DNA of 63,977 nt, the filler included, from Intoshia linei (Eukaryota; Animalia; Orthonectida): the NCBI GenBank assembly GCA_001642005.1. It is 6 parts of 6 records of this genome, joined end to end, with 100 filler letters (N's around TTAATTAATTAA, not from the genome) between each part and the next. Parts side by side here need not be neighbours in the genome. Positions count along the whole stretch, not along the records: positions 34,045 to 56,808 come from LWCA01000583.1; positions 56,909 to 59,923 come from LWCA01002165.1; positions 60,024 to 61,750 come from LWCA01002517.1; positions 61,851 to 63,977 come from LWCA01002397.1; 2 more parts are not named here. One strand, written 5' to 3'. The position numbers and the translations under genes are program-made. The notes under the pieces were generated by a model, which was not told where the DNA came from, made no database searches, and saw nothing but the letters and a program-made list of their open reading frames with translations. This document shows, in pieces, positions 49,476 to 62,580 of the stretch (position 1 is its first letter; each line of letters opens with the position of its first letter).

Positions 49476-51077
49476 GACATGTTGTTTCTGTTAACACATT
49501 TCATTCAATAAAAATACGATGGCGCATGTGCCCAAACAGTTGTTATTCATCAAACGGACAATGAAAATTATTTACAAAATTTCAAAAATGTAAAAATTTT
49601 TTAATCAATTCAAATTACATGTTTACATCACAAATTGAATGTGTACATTTAACTCGTTCCATCTAACCCTAGGCATCATGTCTTATTTGACTTGATTGAC
49701 GGTTTGACGTCGTCCATTAGTTTAACTTGATCAATTTTTGCTACCAATATTTTTATCCAAAATTTTGTGTGAATTATTGGTTTATTTTATTGACAATTGC
49801 ATATTGACAAAATACACAATTTTACGTTTCGTTGATTTTATTTGGCATTTGAATTGAATCGTTATATTCTTAATCACTTTTTTATTTTTGTAAATGGAAT
49901 ACTGCAATAATTATCGTAATCTAATTAGGTTAATAAAACTTTTGAAACGACAAATCTGTTAATACTGTTGAAATCGTTACAATTGTTTTAATAAATGTCA
50001 CATTTAAGGATTACGGCTTAATCCGTGTTACAGTACCATACGTCACGTTTATAGTCTAGATTTGAAAATGTTTATTTAATTAATTGAAATACGCTTAATG
50101 TAACCATTCTAATAATTAAGTGGGATTAACTACTTTTAAAATCATACTAACACAATTTTGACACTTGAATGCCAATCAAAGCATACGTTTAAAAATAACG
50201 ATTCACAATTGATAAAGTTAAAAAATGTTCAATGTTGAAAATTTTTAGATTTTTTAAATGTATTAATTACCTTTACCCATATAATCATCCAATTTAATTC
50301 CATTTTGATGGTCTTTTGGAAATACTTGATCCTTTCCATTCGTTTGATAAAAATTTTGAAAATTGTAATCTGAAATGGAAATGCCTGTATAATTTTTATT
50401 ATTGGAAATGCATCCGTTATTGAAATTTGACACAGTTATAAATTGCCGAGATGACATACAGGTATTAAATGGTTATATTTCTTTAAAGGCCTTGGATGAA
50501 ATTGATTAAAGTTGAAATTGAGAAGTTAATTTGATCTGTGTAAAGTGCTGTTGTCAGATTTTCTTTTTCAATCCCGAAAAGTATATGATGGATGTATCAA
50601 AGAAGCGCACAATTGTGAAATTGTATATAACAAACGTGTATCAAGCGAATCACCAATTTAAGATACGTATCGTATTTCTGTATTCAGACAGAATTTAAAG
50701 TTAAATTAATGAAAAATTACTTTTGACTTGGATCAATATGTAATAAAATATCTTTGCTTGATATAAATAGATCAAATATCTAGTTCGCATGCTATTTTTT
50801 AATTCGACACGCCCATTTTTATTTACAATAATATTCATTGGATGTTATAAAACTAAAAATTAATATTGTTATTTTTGGACCTTGATAGCTAGTTTATATC
50901 GAATTATTAAAATATAAATTGATACTTTGTGTATTGTTACATTTTGCTAGATTGTGTATAGTATGTAGTAATGAAGTGTCGAAAATTTTATAATTATAAA
51001 TAAATGTAAAAACAATTTAATTTATTCAAAAGTTTCAATTGACATTATGTAAATTTATGTACATTTTATAAGACGAG

Positions 51078-54000
51078 TCAATATTCAACACCATATCTTT
51101 CAAAATTACGCATGACCACGAAAACATTTAAATCTACACTTCCCATTGCTACAGTTCTCAGATGATATCGATCTACTCCTGTATGGATCAAATTTGTGTT
51201 TTTTAGTCTGACTCCTAATATTATTCAATTATAGTTAATTATATGCATTTTTATATTAATTGTATGTACCTCCTCCAAGTAATTTACTCATTATTTGCTC
51301 TTTGAAACTGCCTATAGGCTTCCATGTTGGACATGAAATTTTGTGATGGCCGGGAGAGCTTGGGATGTAACACATACTGTATCCGTATAATTCATTTCTT
51401 CCATATTTATCTCTATGCCAAACTTCTAATGACACATTTGGCCAACCTATATGTAATAATTAGAGTGAGTTTCATGGACGTTTCATTTAAAATTTAAATT
51501 ATAAATCTTTTATAAATTATTATTTTTGTACTTACATTGTTAAACCAAATTATAAACCGTTATATAGTTTCATTACAGTTACATTAAATCAATTATCTCG
51601 ACTGTTATGTACATTGTACGACAGGACCTAGCATTATTTAGAATAGTTATTTCATTAAAATTCCGTTATTCACAACTTTCCATCACTTCGAAAAATTTTA
51701 TCAAAATTAGTTAATAGAATTCTTTCAAACCTTCGTTCCTTAAGCAGTGGGGATCTAGGATTTTCAGCCAGGAAGGGGCGAAATAATTATTAGGGGCTAA
51801 ACTCATATAATTTATTTAAATTTAAATTTTTATATTATGTTTATTATTTCTTTATCTATAATAATTTATATTTTTTTCTATATTTATAGTTACCATTCTA
51901 TTAAATTTTTCATCAAATGCTTCAAAATCGACATTTTCGGCAAGTTCTCTTTCGATTATCAACAACGTTAAATTAAATTATAATTTAATTTAAATTTTGT
52001 TAAACTCCGATAACAAATTAATATACATAAAACGTAAACTCAGAGCCGCCTTAAGCCACTTCATAGCTCTGGGCTAAGATTAGGGCTCTTATTAGAAGAC
52101 AGGGCATACTTTTGGTTGGAGACTTAGTCTTATTTCATTGAGTATTAATAAAATCATTAAAATATATTATGTTAATTTCTAGTAACTTTTATTACAACTT
52201 TACAACTTACTTACTTTCTGTTTGAATATCACTTAATAGAAAGGTTTTAATATTATCATTTGAAACAGTTTTAATGTCAATATTATATGATGAACATTGT
52301 AGAATATATTTTGAATTAAATGATTACCAGAACTTTGCTTTTTTAAACTATTTTCTTTCTAACTATTTAAATTCTTACACTTAAACTTATAAGCTGTTTC
52401 TTAAGATATAAATGTGAACTATTTTTTAATAATTGGGGGCCTTTTTTAAAGTCGTCACTTATTCGGATTGAAATTTTTAATCATGTGTGTGTTAACAGAA
52501 TACAACTGTACCACCTGTAAATTTTTTGAAATTCTAGGGCTGTTTTCATTATTAAAAAGAAGGGTAATTTGGGGTTTTGGACTTGAAGATATAATTTTTT
52601 TAAATTTATAGTAATGTTTATGATTTTAAAATCCGTATCAGCGTATATATTTTTTTAAATTCTTCAACTCGTTTGATTTTCAAAAAGAGAGACAACTGGG
52701 GTTTTTGACAAGTAAAATGTGAAATTAGGAGGTTGAAATTTATCTTAATATACGTTCCGGAAAAAAATGTAATTGAAATGTGGTCTTTAAAAAATTTTAA
52801 GACGGATAGTTATTTCAATAATAGTAAAAAGTTAATTTACGTTATTTTGGTAGTAAATACTTTATTTTTAGTACAGTATAACCCCGTGTTGGGGCAACTT
52901 TTTTGAAAAGTGCCCAAAAAATCGGGACTGCCCTAAAAACTGAGGGTAATGATAATATTCTATTATGTATTAAATTAATTGAACGATGATGGTATTTAAT
53001 CATAGTAAGAAAGTTGATAAAGATTTGTTGATGGGGTATATCACAAAAAATTAAGCGTTTATTTAAAAATAGATTTTTATAGTATTAAAAAAAAATATAA
53101 ATAGAATTGAAAATTTGATAAACGCATGAATATTAATACAAGAGAATAAACTTAATATTTACATAATATTTGATAAACCCAAATGTAAATTTTTATCTTT
53201 TAATAATTGAGCTATTTCCAATTTTGTGTCATAATTTAATTTATCGTTCACCATTTTCATTTAAAATTTTTGTAAAAAAATAAAGTGCCCCAAAACGAGG
53301 TTTATTTGATACTTATTTATAGGTAATATTGTACATAATACTATGAAACTAATAAAATATTTAAAAAGTGCCCCGCTGCTGAGGTTCACCCCAAACCGGG
53401 GTCGGACTGTAATACAAATTTTTTTTTGTACGTACTTTATTATAAAAGTAAAAAATTTTACCCATGAATTAAGGTGAAGATAAAAAGAAGAGAGTAAGAA
53501 TATGTTGGATTTCGATGTCGCATGAGTTTGATGAAATTAATCTTTCTCAATATAAAAAGGTTGATTTGCAAAAGCTTCCTTTAAAAACATCATTAGGATT
53601 TAACTGTTTTTACTTTATTTTTAATATTATACACACATTCTGTCTAATAAATTAAAAAAATGGAATAAAAATTGTTTTTAAAATTCTTTACGCAAATGTT
53701 AACAAACAAAAAATTAATATGGAATAATTCACTTTAAATAGTAAAAATTAAAAAGTAAAAATTAATGTGATATGATGATTCTACCTGAAAAAAATTTGGA
53801 AACGACTCCGTTAAAGGATTGATAATAGTGAATAGTAGGATTTATAAGTTAGATTTTCAACATGAATTTATTTTTTTGGTATAATAAAAATGTGCCCTTC
53901 AGAGCTAGGTGCTGTTTGTATGTAGTATATAACAGTCAAGCTAGTAACATAATATAAATTATATCCTTATATATTTCTTTAACCATAGTTATTATTAATA

Positions 54001-56035
54001 TTAAAAAAATGGCCAAAATGCCATTTTCAAAAGTGAACTGTATGAAATCTACGCGATTAATTTTTATAATATTTCATTTTTCTATGTAAATGATATGCTC
54101 TATCGTTTAGTCATAATTAAAATCATCGATAATTTTAATTTTGACCAGTGTTTGTCACGACAGGGGGAAAATTCTGTAATTTTTCAGAAAATTCTATAAA
54201 TAAATAAAAGATAGTTATGTTAGACTTCTTTTTCTCACTGAAATTAGGTGGTTGTCAAAGGGAAATTATTTGTCTCGTTTTATATCTCTATATGATAGTA
54301 TTGTAGAATTTTTTTAAAAGAGGGAAATGAAAAATTATTGGAACAAATTAAATAAAAACATTATTATTCATATTTTATTTTTGGTAAATTAAATGATGTT
54401 ACTCTACGCTTACAAGGGACACGTATCACAATCTATCTATAATCTATCTGTAAATGTGTTCTAAAAGCGTTCAACGAAAAAATTATAATTTTTATCAGGA
54501 ACATGAAAAATAGAAACTTTTATGAAATGGAGATATGGTTGATATACAAAGTTCTGAAAAAGATATATTGAATTATTGTAATCATTCGACAACATTAAAA
54601 GATGATTTGACGCTGGATTTAAGGATTTATACAATTAAAAAAAAATCCATGGATAGATCCATTTAACTGCAATAGCAATTATGCAGACTGTAAGCTTGTC
54701 GAAGAATTATTAGAACTACAAAATGATGAAGAAGCCCAGTACCGTTTTGAGAAAGGTAGAAATTTTGTATTGTGGGATGTAAACCTTCAAAATGTCTCTA
54801 TCCACTGATGCATTCTGAAATGTCAATGATATTATTGTGTTTTCCAACATCTTATATGATTGAAAGTGGACTCAGTTCTGTAAACAAAATATTTCGTAAA
54901 GATAGAAAAAAAATTAATATAGATGTTCTCTATTTATATAGTCATGTTTGTATTTGATATAGTCATGTTTGAATTTAATATGGTCATATTTGAATTTAAT
55001 ATAGTCATAATTACTATGACTAATAATAAACATAATGACTATATTAAAATCAAATATGACCATATTAAATGCTAACATGACTATATAAATAGAGAACATC
55101 TATATAATGTATGTCAAAGAGGAGATATTGTTATCAAATTAACCAGCATAAAACCAGGAATTAAGGAATTGGCACCCGATTATCAGACGCAAGGATCACA
55201 TGGAAGCAAATAAACATTATTAACCTTTTTTCATTATTATTGATTTTATAATAATTATAGTTCATTTTATCATAGGGGCTTAATAATCATACTTTGATTT
55301 AAAAAGGTTGAGAACCCCTGCTCTAAACAATATCTGAAAGACATGTTCCATTTTGGAAAAATTGTCGGGATAAAGGGTAGTTTAATGAAAGTCCTATTTA
55401 AATAAATTATTTATTCATAATTTCGCTAAATGCCAATTATTTTGAATTTATGAACCAAATACAATTCGCAGATCGTTAACCCTTTCACTTTATGTTCATA
55501 GTATGCTATACACAACAAAAAGCGATGACACGTCTGTGCATAGTATGACATACACGTTATAACATTGAAAAAATTTATTCACCTTTATAATATTGTGTAC
55601 AAAAAATGCCTTAGAGCTGTATTTTTAAGGTGAAGCATGTGACCCTTCGGGTCAACCTGAAAAATTATAGTTATAAAATTTACATTGTATAACTATTTAA
55701 AAAAATAAAGTTTTATAAATCAATTACGTGATATTATTAATCTGTATTATCAAATATAAATTTAATAATTTTAACTAACACAAAAGTAGTCAACCGGAAA
55801 GAACAAAACTTTTTAGGTAAATTTGCATAGCTGTAAAAAAAGATGTTTGAGACACCTTTTAATCATATAATCATTAACTATACTTAAATATGTATATAAA
55901 TATACAAACCTTGTAATCCCTTAGTTGCAAAATGAATATCGATAGGATGTGACCATACAGCATATAAACCATTTTCAGGTGTATCAACTTGAGTTTGTCC
56001 TTCACCGTTTCCAGCCAATATACGCCAAGCGCTAC
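51078..56035 (-). CDS. B9D2: B9 domain protein 2 (ciliary transition zone, MKS module); first exon lost in the gap
   Basis: Exon 56035-55910 [36 protein letters not shown]; exon ~51447-51270 [42 protein letters not shown]; last exon [17 protein letters not shown]; absent from the ORF track. Confidence 0.96.
52041..52440. mobile_element. MITE-like repeat starting CAGAGCCG(C/T)CTTAAGCC; second copy at 56496-56808
   Basis: Two dispersed homologous copies with a hAT-like CAG terminus. Confidence 0.55.
52447..52825 (-). mobile_element. Helitron family fragment
   Basis: Reverse complement of 5165-5675. Confidence 0.8.
52874..53409. mobile_element. Pogo-like MITE
   Basis: TA|CAGTATAACCCCGTGTTGGGG ... 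CCCCAAACCGGGGTCGGACTG|TA with reiterated AAGTGCCC motifs. Confidence 0.75.
53600..53945 (+). mobile_element. Helitron family 3' end
   Basis: Homologous to 6300-6628; ends AGAGCTAGGTGCTGTTTGTATGTAGTATATAACAGTCAAGCTAG|T. Confidence 0.85.
54360..55320 (+). mobile_element. Decayed hAT (Buster/ZBED8-SCAND3-like) transposase 3' half with right TIR
   Basis: [55 protein letters not shown]...QGSH with frameshifts; terminus AGGTTGAGAACCCCTG|CTCTAAAC. Confidence 0.85.
54918..55104. mobile_element. 187-bp foldback MITE with TAA target duplication
   Basis: TAA|TATAGATGTTCTCTATTTATATAGTCATGTT ... AACATGACTATATAAATAGAGAACATCTATA|TAA, with inverted 21-bp internal tandem units. Confidence 0.85.
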
Positions 56036-57132
56036 CTTGTATATTAATTATTTTTAGATTTATGGTTAAATCGTATACAATTGAATGTCTGTGTGTTACC
56101 GTTTATTTAAAAAATTAATGGTCCCAGAATTAAAAAAAAGTTATCACTCATACAGTTATTTTCAGTTACAATTATAGTTACAATTACAGTTACACAGTGA
56201 TATTATTAATATACACACACAAAAAATTTCAATATCACAAACGCCTTTTATAATTTTTTATAATTTAATTTCTGGAACGAGTTTTAAAATTGCTGTAAAT
56301 TATATTCTCATAAACTTACATCTTCATGATCAAAACCCCAATTTACTTTTTTTTTCAAAAATCAAAAAAGTCCTAAAATTTTATAAAACATACATTCTGG
56401 GTGGTTTTTAAATAGAAACTTGATGTCAAATACTAATATGACCCTTTTAAAAATAAAAAAAGTTGTAGAATTCAAAAAAATTATCATTCATACACAGAGC
56501 CGTCTTAAGCCATTTCGGGCCCTTTAAAATTTCGAGCGAAGCGATAAAAAAAACTTAGGACCCCTGTTTAGAAGACAAGGAATACTGTTTGTTGGAGACT
56601 TAGAGTCTTAATTCATCGAGTATTAATAGAAGCATTAAAAGATATTATGTAGGTTTCTAGTAACTTTTATTTCTTATACAAAAACCTACTTACATTAATT
56701 AATGAACAAAGGTTACTTTTTCATTTGAATACTACTTTTTTTTTGAATATTTAATTTTTAGAAAGGTTGTAATCCTCATTTGAAATAGTTTTTTTGTCAA
56801 TATTATTTNNNNNNNNNNNNNNNNNNNNNNNNNNNNNNNNNNNNNNNNNNNNTTAATTAATTAANNNNNNNNNNNNNNNNNNNNNNNNNNNNNNNNNNNN
56901 NNNNNNNNCAAAATCTACACTTTCAATATAAATTCTTGGTTTAACAAATCATCCAAAAATATTCCGCGCTTATTTTTATTTGACCCAAAAATTGAATTAA
57001 TTAACAAAAGTAAATTAACAAAAATTTGAAAAAAATAAATTTATGCAAAATATAGGCTACATATTAATACACATTTTATATGGATAAATTAATTGATGAA
57101 TATCTAACAAGTGGATATAGACATAACTTTTA

Positions 57133-59245
57133 GTGAGTCTTTACCAAATCACTATATTTACGGGAAATCAAAATAATGCGGACACGAAATCCAATGTTTG
57201 TATTCAATTGTATGGTCTTTATGGAAAATCAGAGAATGTATTGCTACCTAGAAATAATGCTACTTTTCAAGTTGGATCAAACAATGTTTTTAAGGTTTTC
57301 ATTAATTTTATATATTTTAATTATTTATTAACTTTCATTATGATTAATTTTTTAGTTAATTGTAAATATATTATCTATTTGTAGATTGAATCAGTTAATA
57401 TGGGTCCAATTGTAAAATGTCGCGTTGGATTTGATAGAAACAATAAAAAATCAACTTCTTGGTATCTTGAAAAGGTTTCTAATTTATATATCAAATTATA
57501 TATCGTATAATCGTTGGGATAACCAAATAAATTATAAAAACCTGCTAATAATTTTGGTATTTTCTTGTCATTATCATAAAATTAATAAATATAAATACAA
57601 TAAAATGTAGAACAATAAGTACTACTTTCGATTGTACCGATATAAACTATTAAAATTAATATCCATTTTTATAAATTACTATTTTTTAAATATTTATAAT
57701 ATATAAAATGTAGATATTGGTTCAAAGCATAGCAAATAATCAATTAAAGTCATCACCTAAAAGAATTTCAAAAACTCATCAAATATCAAAATCACATACT
57801 GATAATATTAGTTTAAGTATACCATTCAAAAACCCAAACACGCACAATTTTCTAGCCAATGACGACAACTGTGAGAAAAAAATTTAAAAAACGTTACAAA
57901 GAAATTATCAAGATATTCGACTAGAAGAGCATCAAAATATATCAATAAAAATAAACTCAAAAATTTTAAAAAATTCATTAGCTTATAAAAAACCCTTTGA
58001 ACAAAACCAGATATGTTTACTGGTTAAATTTTACTAGCTTTTTTATTATTAGTCTGATATTTTCGAATTAAACATATGGGATTTGGGAACTCTTGCCAAA
58101 GTAAGAATTCGTCATGATAATTCACATTTATTATCAGATTAATATTTGGAATTTTTCAAGGTTGTAAATAAATCAAGTAATACAAGGTAATACTGAATAC
58201 ATAATAGAATTACGATAAAAATAGTTGATTAATATTTAAAATATGGCGATTATAGATATTTATGAGTTCCGTCAAATATTTTATTTTACCGGCTGTATTG
58301 ACCCTTAGGTATTTTCTTAAATTTTTTGGTTGCGATCCATAAATCATGATCACTATCTTTTCTAATTTACCGATATGCTAACTCAGTGACTAACCTATCG
58401 TACCGATACCCTCTTGGTAGCCTCTAAGAAATTTATGTAAAATGTGGCCTTATTTGTCAAAATTAACGTGTATCGGTAAAATTATAAGGTTCTTATTAGA
58501 CAGAAGAAATGCATGAACTCACAGGCATTAGTAATAGTATTTACATGCCACAGAACTTATAATATACTTATATATTTATAATAGCGTTATTTTTCCATGT
58601 CATCGTTGGATTTCAAATAAAATTGGATATAAACAAATATGTATTGAATTAATATGTGATGACAAAATTGAAATGATACGAACTGGACCCCGTAGCAAAT
58701 CGCTTGGATCAGGTTGGCATTGCAAAGATGTTACATTGCGTAGATTAGCAAAATCTGATTCTGTAATATTTGATAATATTTAGTAATCTATAATATAAAT
58801 ACATGCATTATATACGTATCATAGAAATAAAAAATTGACTCTAAAATTAAGTTTCCATAACTTTTATATTCAACGTAAATCGTTGGTTTGCAGTAGACGA
58901 AGAAAATGGAAATACAATTCGTGATATCTTACCCAATCGTGTAGAATGCGAATCACTAATAATGCAAGGAAATGAGTTGGTTTTTTCAATAACCAATAAA
59001 GAAATATCAAACAAATCCAGTAAATTTAAAATTGATTATAATAAATTAAAATTTTAGAAATAAAAATTTTTACATATATTGTTACAATATTTTGCGGAGA
59101 TCAGAAATACTCACAAACATCGATTCCATTTATTGAAATTATATGTGGAAGATCTCCATTATCTTCAACCGGATCAAGGCCGCTAACGTCAAAAGAATTA
59201 AAAAAAAACGTCAGTACCTATCATGTTGAAGCAATTTATGTTGGT
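57133..59245 (+). pseudogene. Multi-PLAT/LH2 domain locus (LOXHD1-like), apparently disrupted
   Basis: YQITIFTGNQNNADTKSNVCIQLYGLYGKS, SWYLEK, DLGTLAKVRIRHDNS..D*YLE (TAA 58140-58142 at the conserved Trp), FFPCHRW, GSGWHCKDV, FNVNRWFAVDEENG; several domains incomplete. Confidence 0.7.
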
Positions 59246-60904
59246 AAATATACGATATACATTGTAAATTTTAGTTAGTATATGATGTTATCAAATTCTT
59301 ATATATTTAATGTTTTACGCCTTACACAAGTTAAAATAATTATTTCATTGAAATACGTATGCACTGCTGGAAAAAACTATAAGACACTTAGAAACATACG
59401 ATTATTTTTTTGTGTGTGGGATAAATGTAATGTTTTGATATAGAAAGATAGCAAAATATGTTTACATGGGAATTTTTAACTATCAGATACATTTGGTCAG
59501 TTGTTCGAATAAAATCAAAATCAAATCAAATCTATTTACCAAATCTTATGAGAGCAACTTCTCAATCAAAATCACAAAATAGAAAATACAATTTTACTAA
59601 CCCTTAATGTAAAAATCCCCCATTTTTCCAATATTTTTTTAAAATACACATATTTTAACAGTGATATTTAAAATGACAAACGCAACTCGAATAGATAGCC
59701 TTAAATGTTTTTGATTGCGAATTAGTTTTTCTATTTTAAAAATACACACTTGTAGTGCTAATTGCCCATGATTCTTTGATGGGTGTGACATCCTAAAAGA
59801 CATAGGTGATAAAAATTAAAATTAAAAGTATAAAAAATAATTTATTTGTACGCTATATTATGATTTACCCAATGTTAATAAAGTTTACTCAGTATTACTT
59901 AATTTTACACAAATTGTAATAAANNNNNNNNNNNNNNNNNNNNNNNNNNNNNNNNNNNNNNNNNNNNTTAATTAATTAANNNNNNNNNNNNNNNNNNNNN
60001 NNNNNNNNNNNNNNNNNNNNNNNAAAAAATTAGAATCAAAATCTAAGTAAAATATTTAAATAAAGTTTAAAAAGTACACTTTTTATAAAGTAAATGTTTT
60101 CAATAAAATTTTTATTAAAAACAAAGTTTTAAAATTGCTAAAAATAAAATTTTAAATTTGAGCAACGATTGTGTTGCATCAATTCGGTATGGGTCTTGTG
60201 CAGTAAGGTGTCACATCAAAGATTTTTTTTAAGAAATTCAAAAATATACCCAGTAGATTAGATCTAATTTAATAAAAAAATGACAATCCGATGCTAATTC
60301 TGAAAAATACTCATTAATGACTCAGCGTTGATCAATTAAGTAATTAACAAAAAACAACTAAATTTAAATTTATTTTTATGTTTTTCTTAATTTGTTTTTA
60401 CAAAAACTAACATTCATGCTTCGTTTGTGTTGAAAAATTAATAATTTTTGTATATTTTAATAAATAATATTAAGCTGCGTCTGGCACTATTGACGTTATT
60501 CTATAATATGAAAAAAAAAATTCAAATTATAGCTATATTTGTCATTTTGTTTTGGTGATTGTGAAAGGTTAAATGTAGAAATTTGTCTATCATTTCAAAA
60601 ATTTTAGTCTACTTTTATAAGAGACTTAAGAGTGTCATAATCCAACTAAAATTTTATATATCCTCAACGCAATGTACCAACAAAATATAAGATTTTATAA
60701 ATTGTAACCCAAAATATACTAATGACAAAACGGGAATGTAATTAATCCAAGCATTTATATGAAAATCATCACTGTATTTTGAATTTCTTCTTTTGTGTAC
60801 AAATGTAATGATCGTTTAATTAAATTAAATTAAAAATTAAATTGTGATGCATCATCTTGGCAATATTGTTAACATATATAACATAATATTGACTTTATCA
60901 TCAC

Positions 60905-61515
60905 ATGAATTATAATTTATTAGACGATATAAATGCATAAGGTGTTTTTTAACGAACTAAGGACCTTAAATCTACAATATCGTTTTGTAAACAATTTGGT
61001 TGATATATATTATGTTATATAATTTATTGAATAGGATTACTTAGTACCAAAAAAATATGTCCCATGTGTGGTAGAGAAATGTTTTTTTCAAAAAAGACTT
61101 ATATTGATGGATTCAAGTGGAGATGTTCCGTGCCATTTAAAAAAGTACTATCAATTCGAAATGGTACCTTTTTTTAAAAAAGTTATTTAACTCTATCTCA
61201 AATTGTTACATTTATTTACTATTGGGCATGTTAAATGGGATCAGAAAAAATACTTACTCGAGAAATTAAAGCATCAAAACACACCATTGTAGATTGGAAA
61301 AACTTTAAGAGAGATATTTGTATCTCGATGATTATAGATTATCCAAAAAAGATTGGGGCAACCTGGCATTGAGGTTCAAATTGACAAAACTCAATTCTCC
61401 AAACGAAAGTACAACCGTGGAAAATTATACTCCAAACAGTGGGTTTTCGGTGAAGTCAAATCGCAATCGAAAAGGTGCTTCATTTTTTCCGTACCAAACA
61501 GAACTGCGGAAGTTA
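60905..61515 (+). mobile_element. Decayed Merlin (IS1016/ISXO2-like DDE) transposase
   Basis: CPMCG..DGFKWRC..SIRNGTFF, TIVDWKNFKRDIC, IGQPGIEVQID(K)TQFSKRKYNRG..QWVFG, VPNRTAE; stops and frameshifts. Confidence 0.88.
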
Positions 61516-62580
61516 TAATCAATACAATAATTTATTTTTATAATCATACTTATACTAGCTTGGCTGTTTTGTACTACGTACAAATAGCACCTAGATCTGC
61601 AAAAAGCACTCTTTTTCTTATACTTATTAATTTCTGTTTTAGTATACAATTTTTTTACAATAAACATATCAATTTCATCAAATTCTACTTCGTAAATTGC
61701 ACATATTTTCAAAATTAAACAGATTAAAAGTATAATTTTCATAGTCTTACNNNNNNNNNNNNNNNNNNNNNNNNNNNNNNNNNNNNNNNNNNNNTTAATT
61801 AATTAANNNNNNNNNNNNNNNNNNNNNNNNNNNNNNNNNNNNNNNNNNNNAAAAAAATATGCGAAGGAAATTACAAAACTAGATAAAATTTAATCGGTAA
61901 TTGTTTTCTAAATTACATTTTGAACGCTTAGTAAAATATACTTTTGTTAATTCAACGGAAAGTTTAAAAAGTGGACACCCTAATGTCTATACATTTCCAA
62001 TAAAGAAATATGGGTGGAAATCTATATAATTGATTTCTTCGGATTTTTTTTCATTGTTACTTTTTTCAATTTTTTATTCTCATTTTCAAAACATTGCATT
62101 TAAAATTTAAATTAAAACTACAACAACAAATTAATAAAAATTTTTTTTTGGGTGTATTCTATTTCTTTTTATATCATATATCATATTTAGATCTTTTAAT
62201 TCGAGATAATTATCTTGGTGACTTACATTTGCCTTATTTGGTGAAATGTATTTACAGGTTATTATGGTTAAAAGAAACAAAGAAGGTACGCCCATTTCGA
62301 CAAGTATCGAAAAAGATTCTTTCCATTTATATTAACTTTTATCCTGCCGCTAATAGTTGTTGTGGTTTCAGGTACTATTGCTTTAAATATGTTGATTTAT
62401 ATATGATACCTAAGATATATTTAAAAAATTACTATGCTAGGATTTTTGAATCCAAAGTTACCAAATGTTCCCAAAATGGAACATTGGAGGTTTCTCGACA
62501 AAAATTTTATTAAAAATTTATTATATATAATTATAATGTATTAGAGCACGGGTCGTCATAGGGGATATTAATAATAATAA

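Noticed and set aside
50263-50457. Possible upstream coding exon of SIX1/2
   Set aside because: Its GT donors are phase 1, and I found no compatible stop-free acceptor before 49305; unresolved without RNA data
54914-55099. ORF with KYDHI heptad-like repeats, or a CRISPR-like array
   Set aside because: Arises from the 21-bp repeats of the foldback MITE; no unique spacers, no cas genes, eukaryotic context
58140-58142. Stop-codon reassignment (TAA or TGA read as sense)
   Set aside because: Intact genes use TGG for Trp and end in TAA or TGA; in-frame stops occur only in decayed loci
62094-62513. 139-aa ORF next to the piggyBac relic
   Set aside because: Non-ATG start, low-complexity AT-driven composition, begins in repeat-derived sequence, no motif recognised
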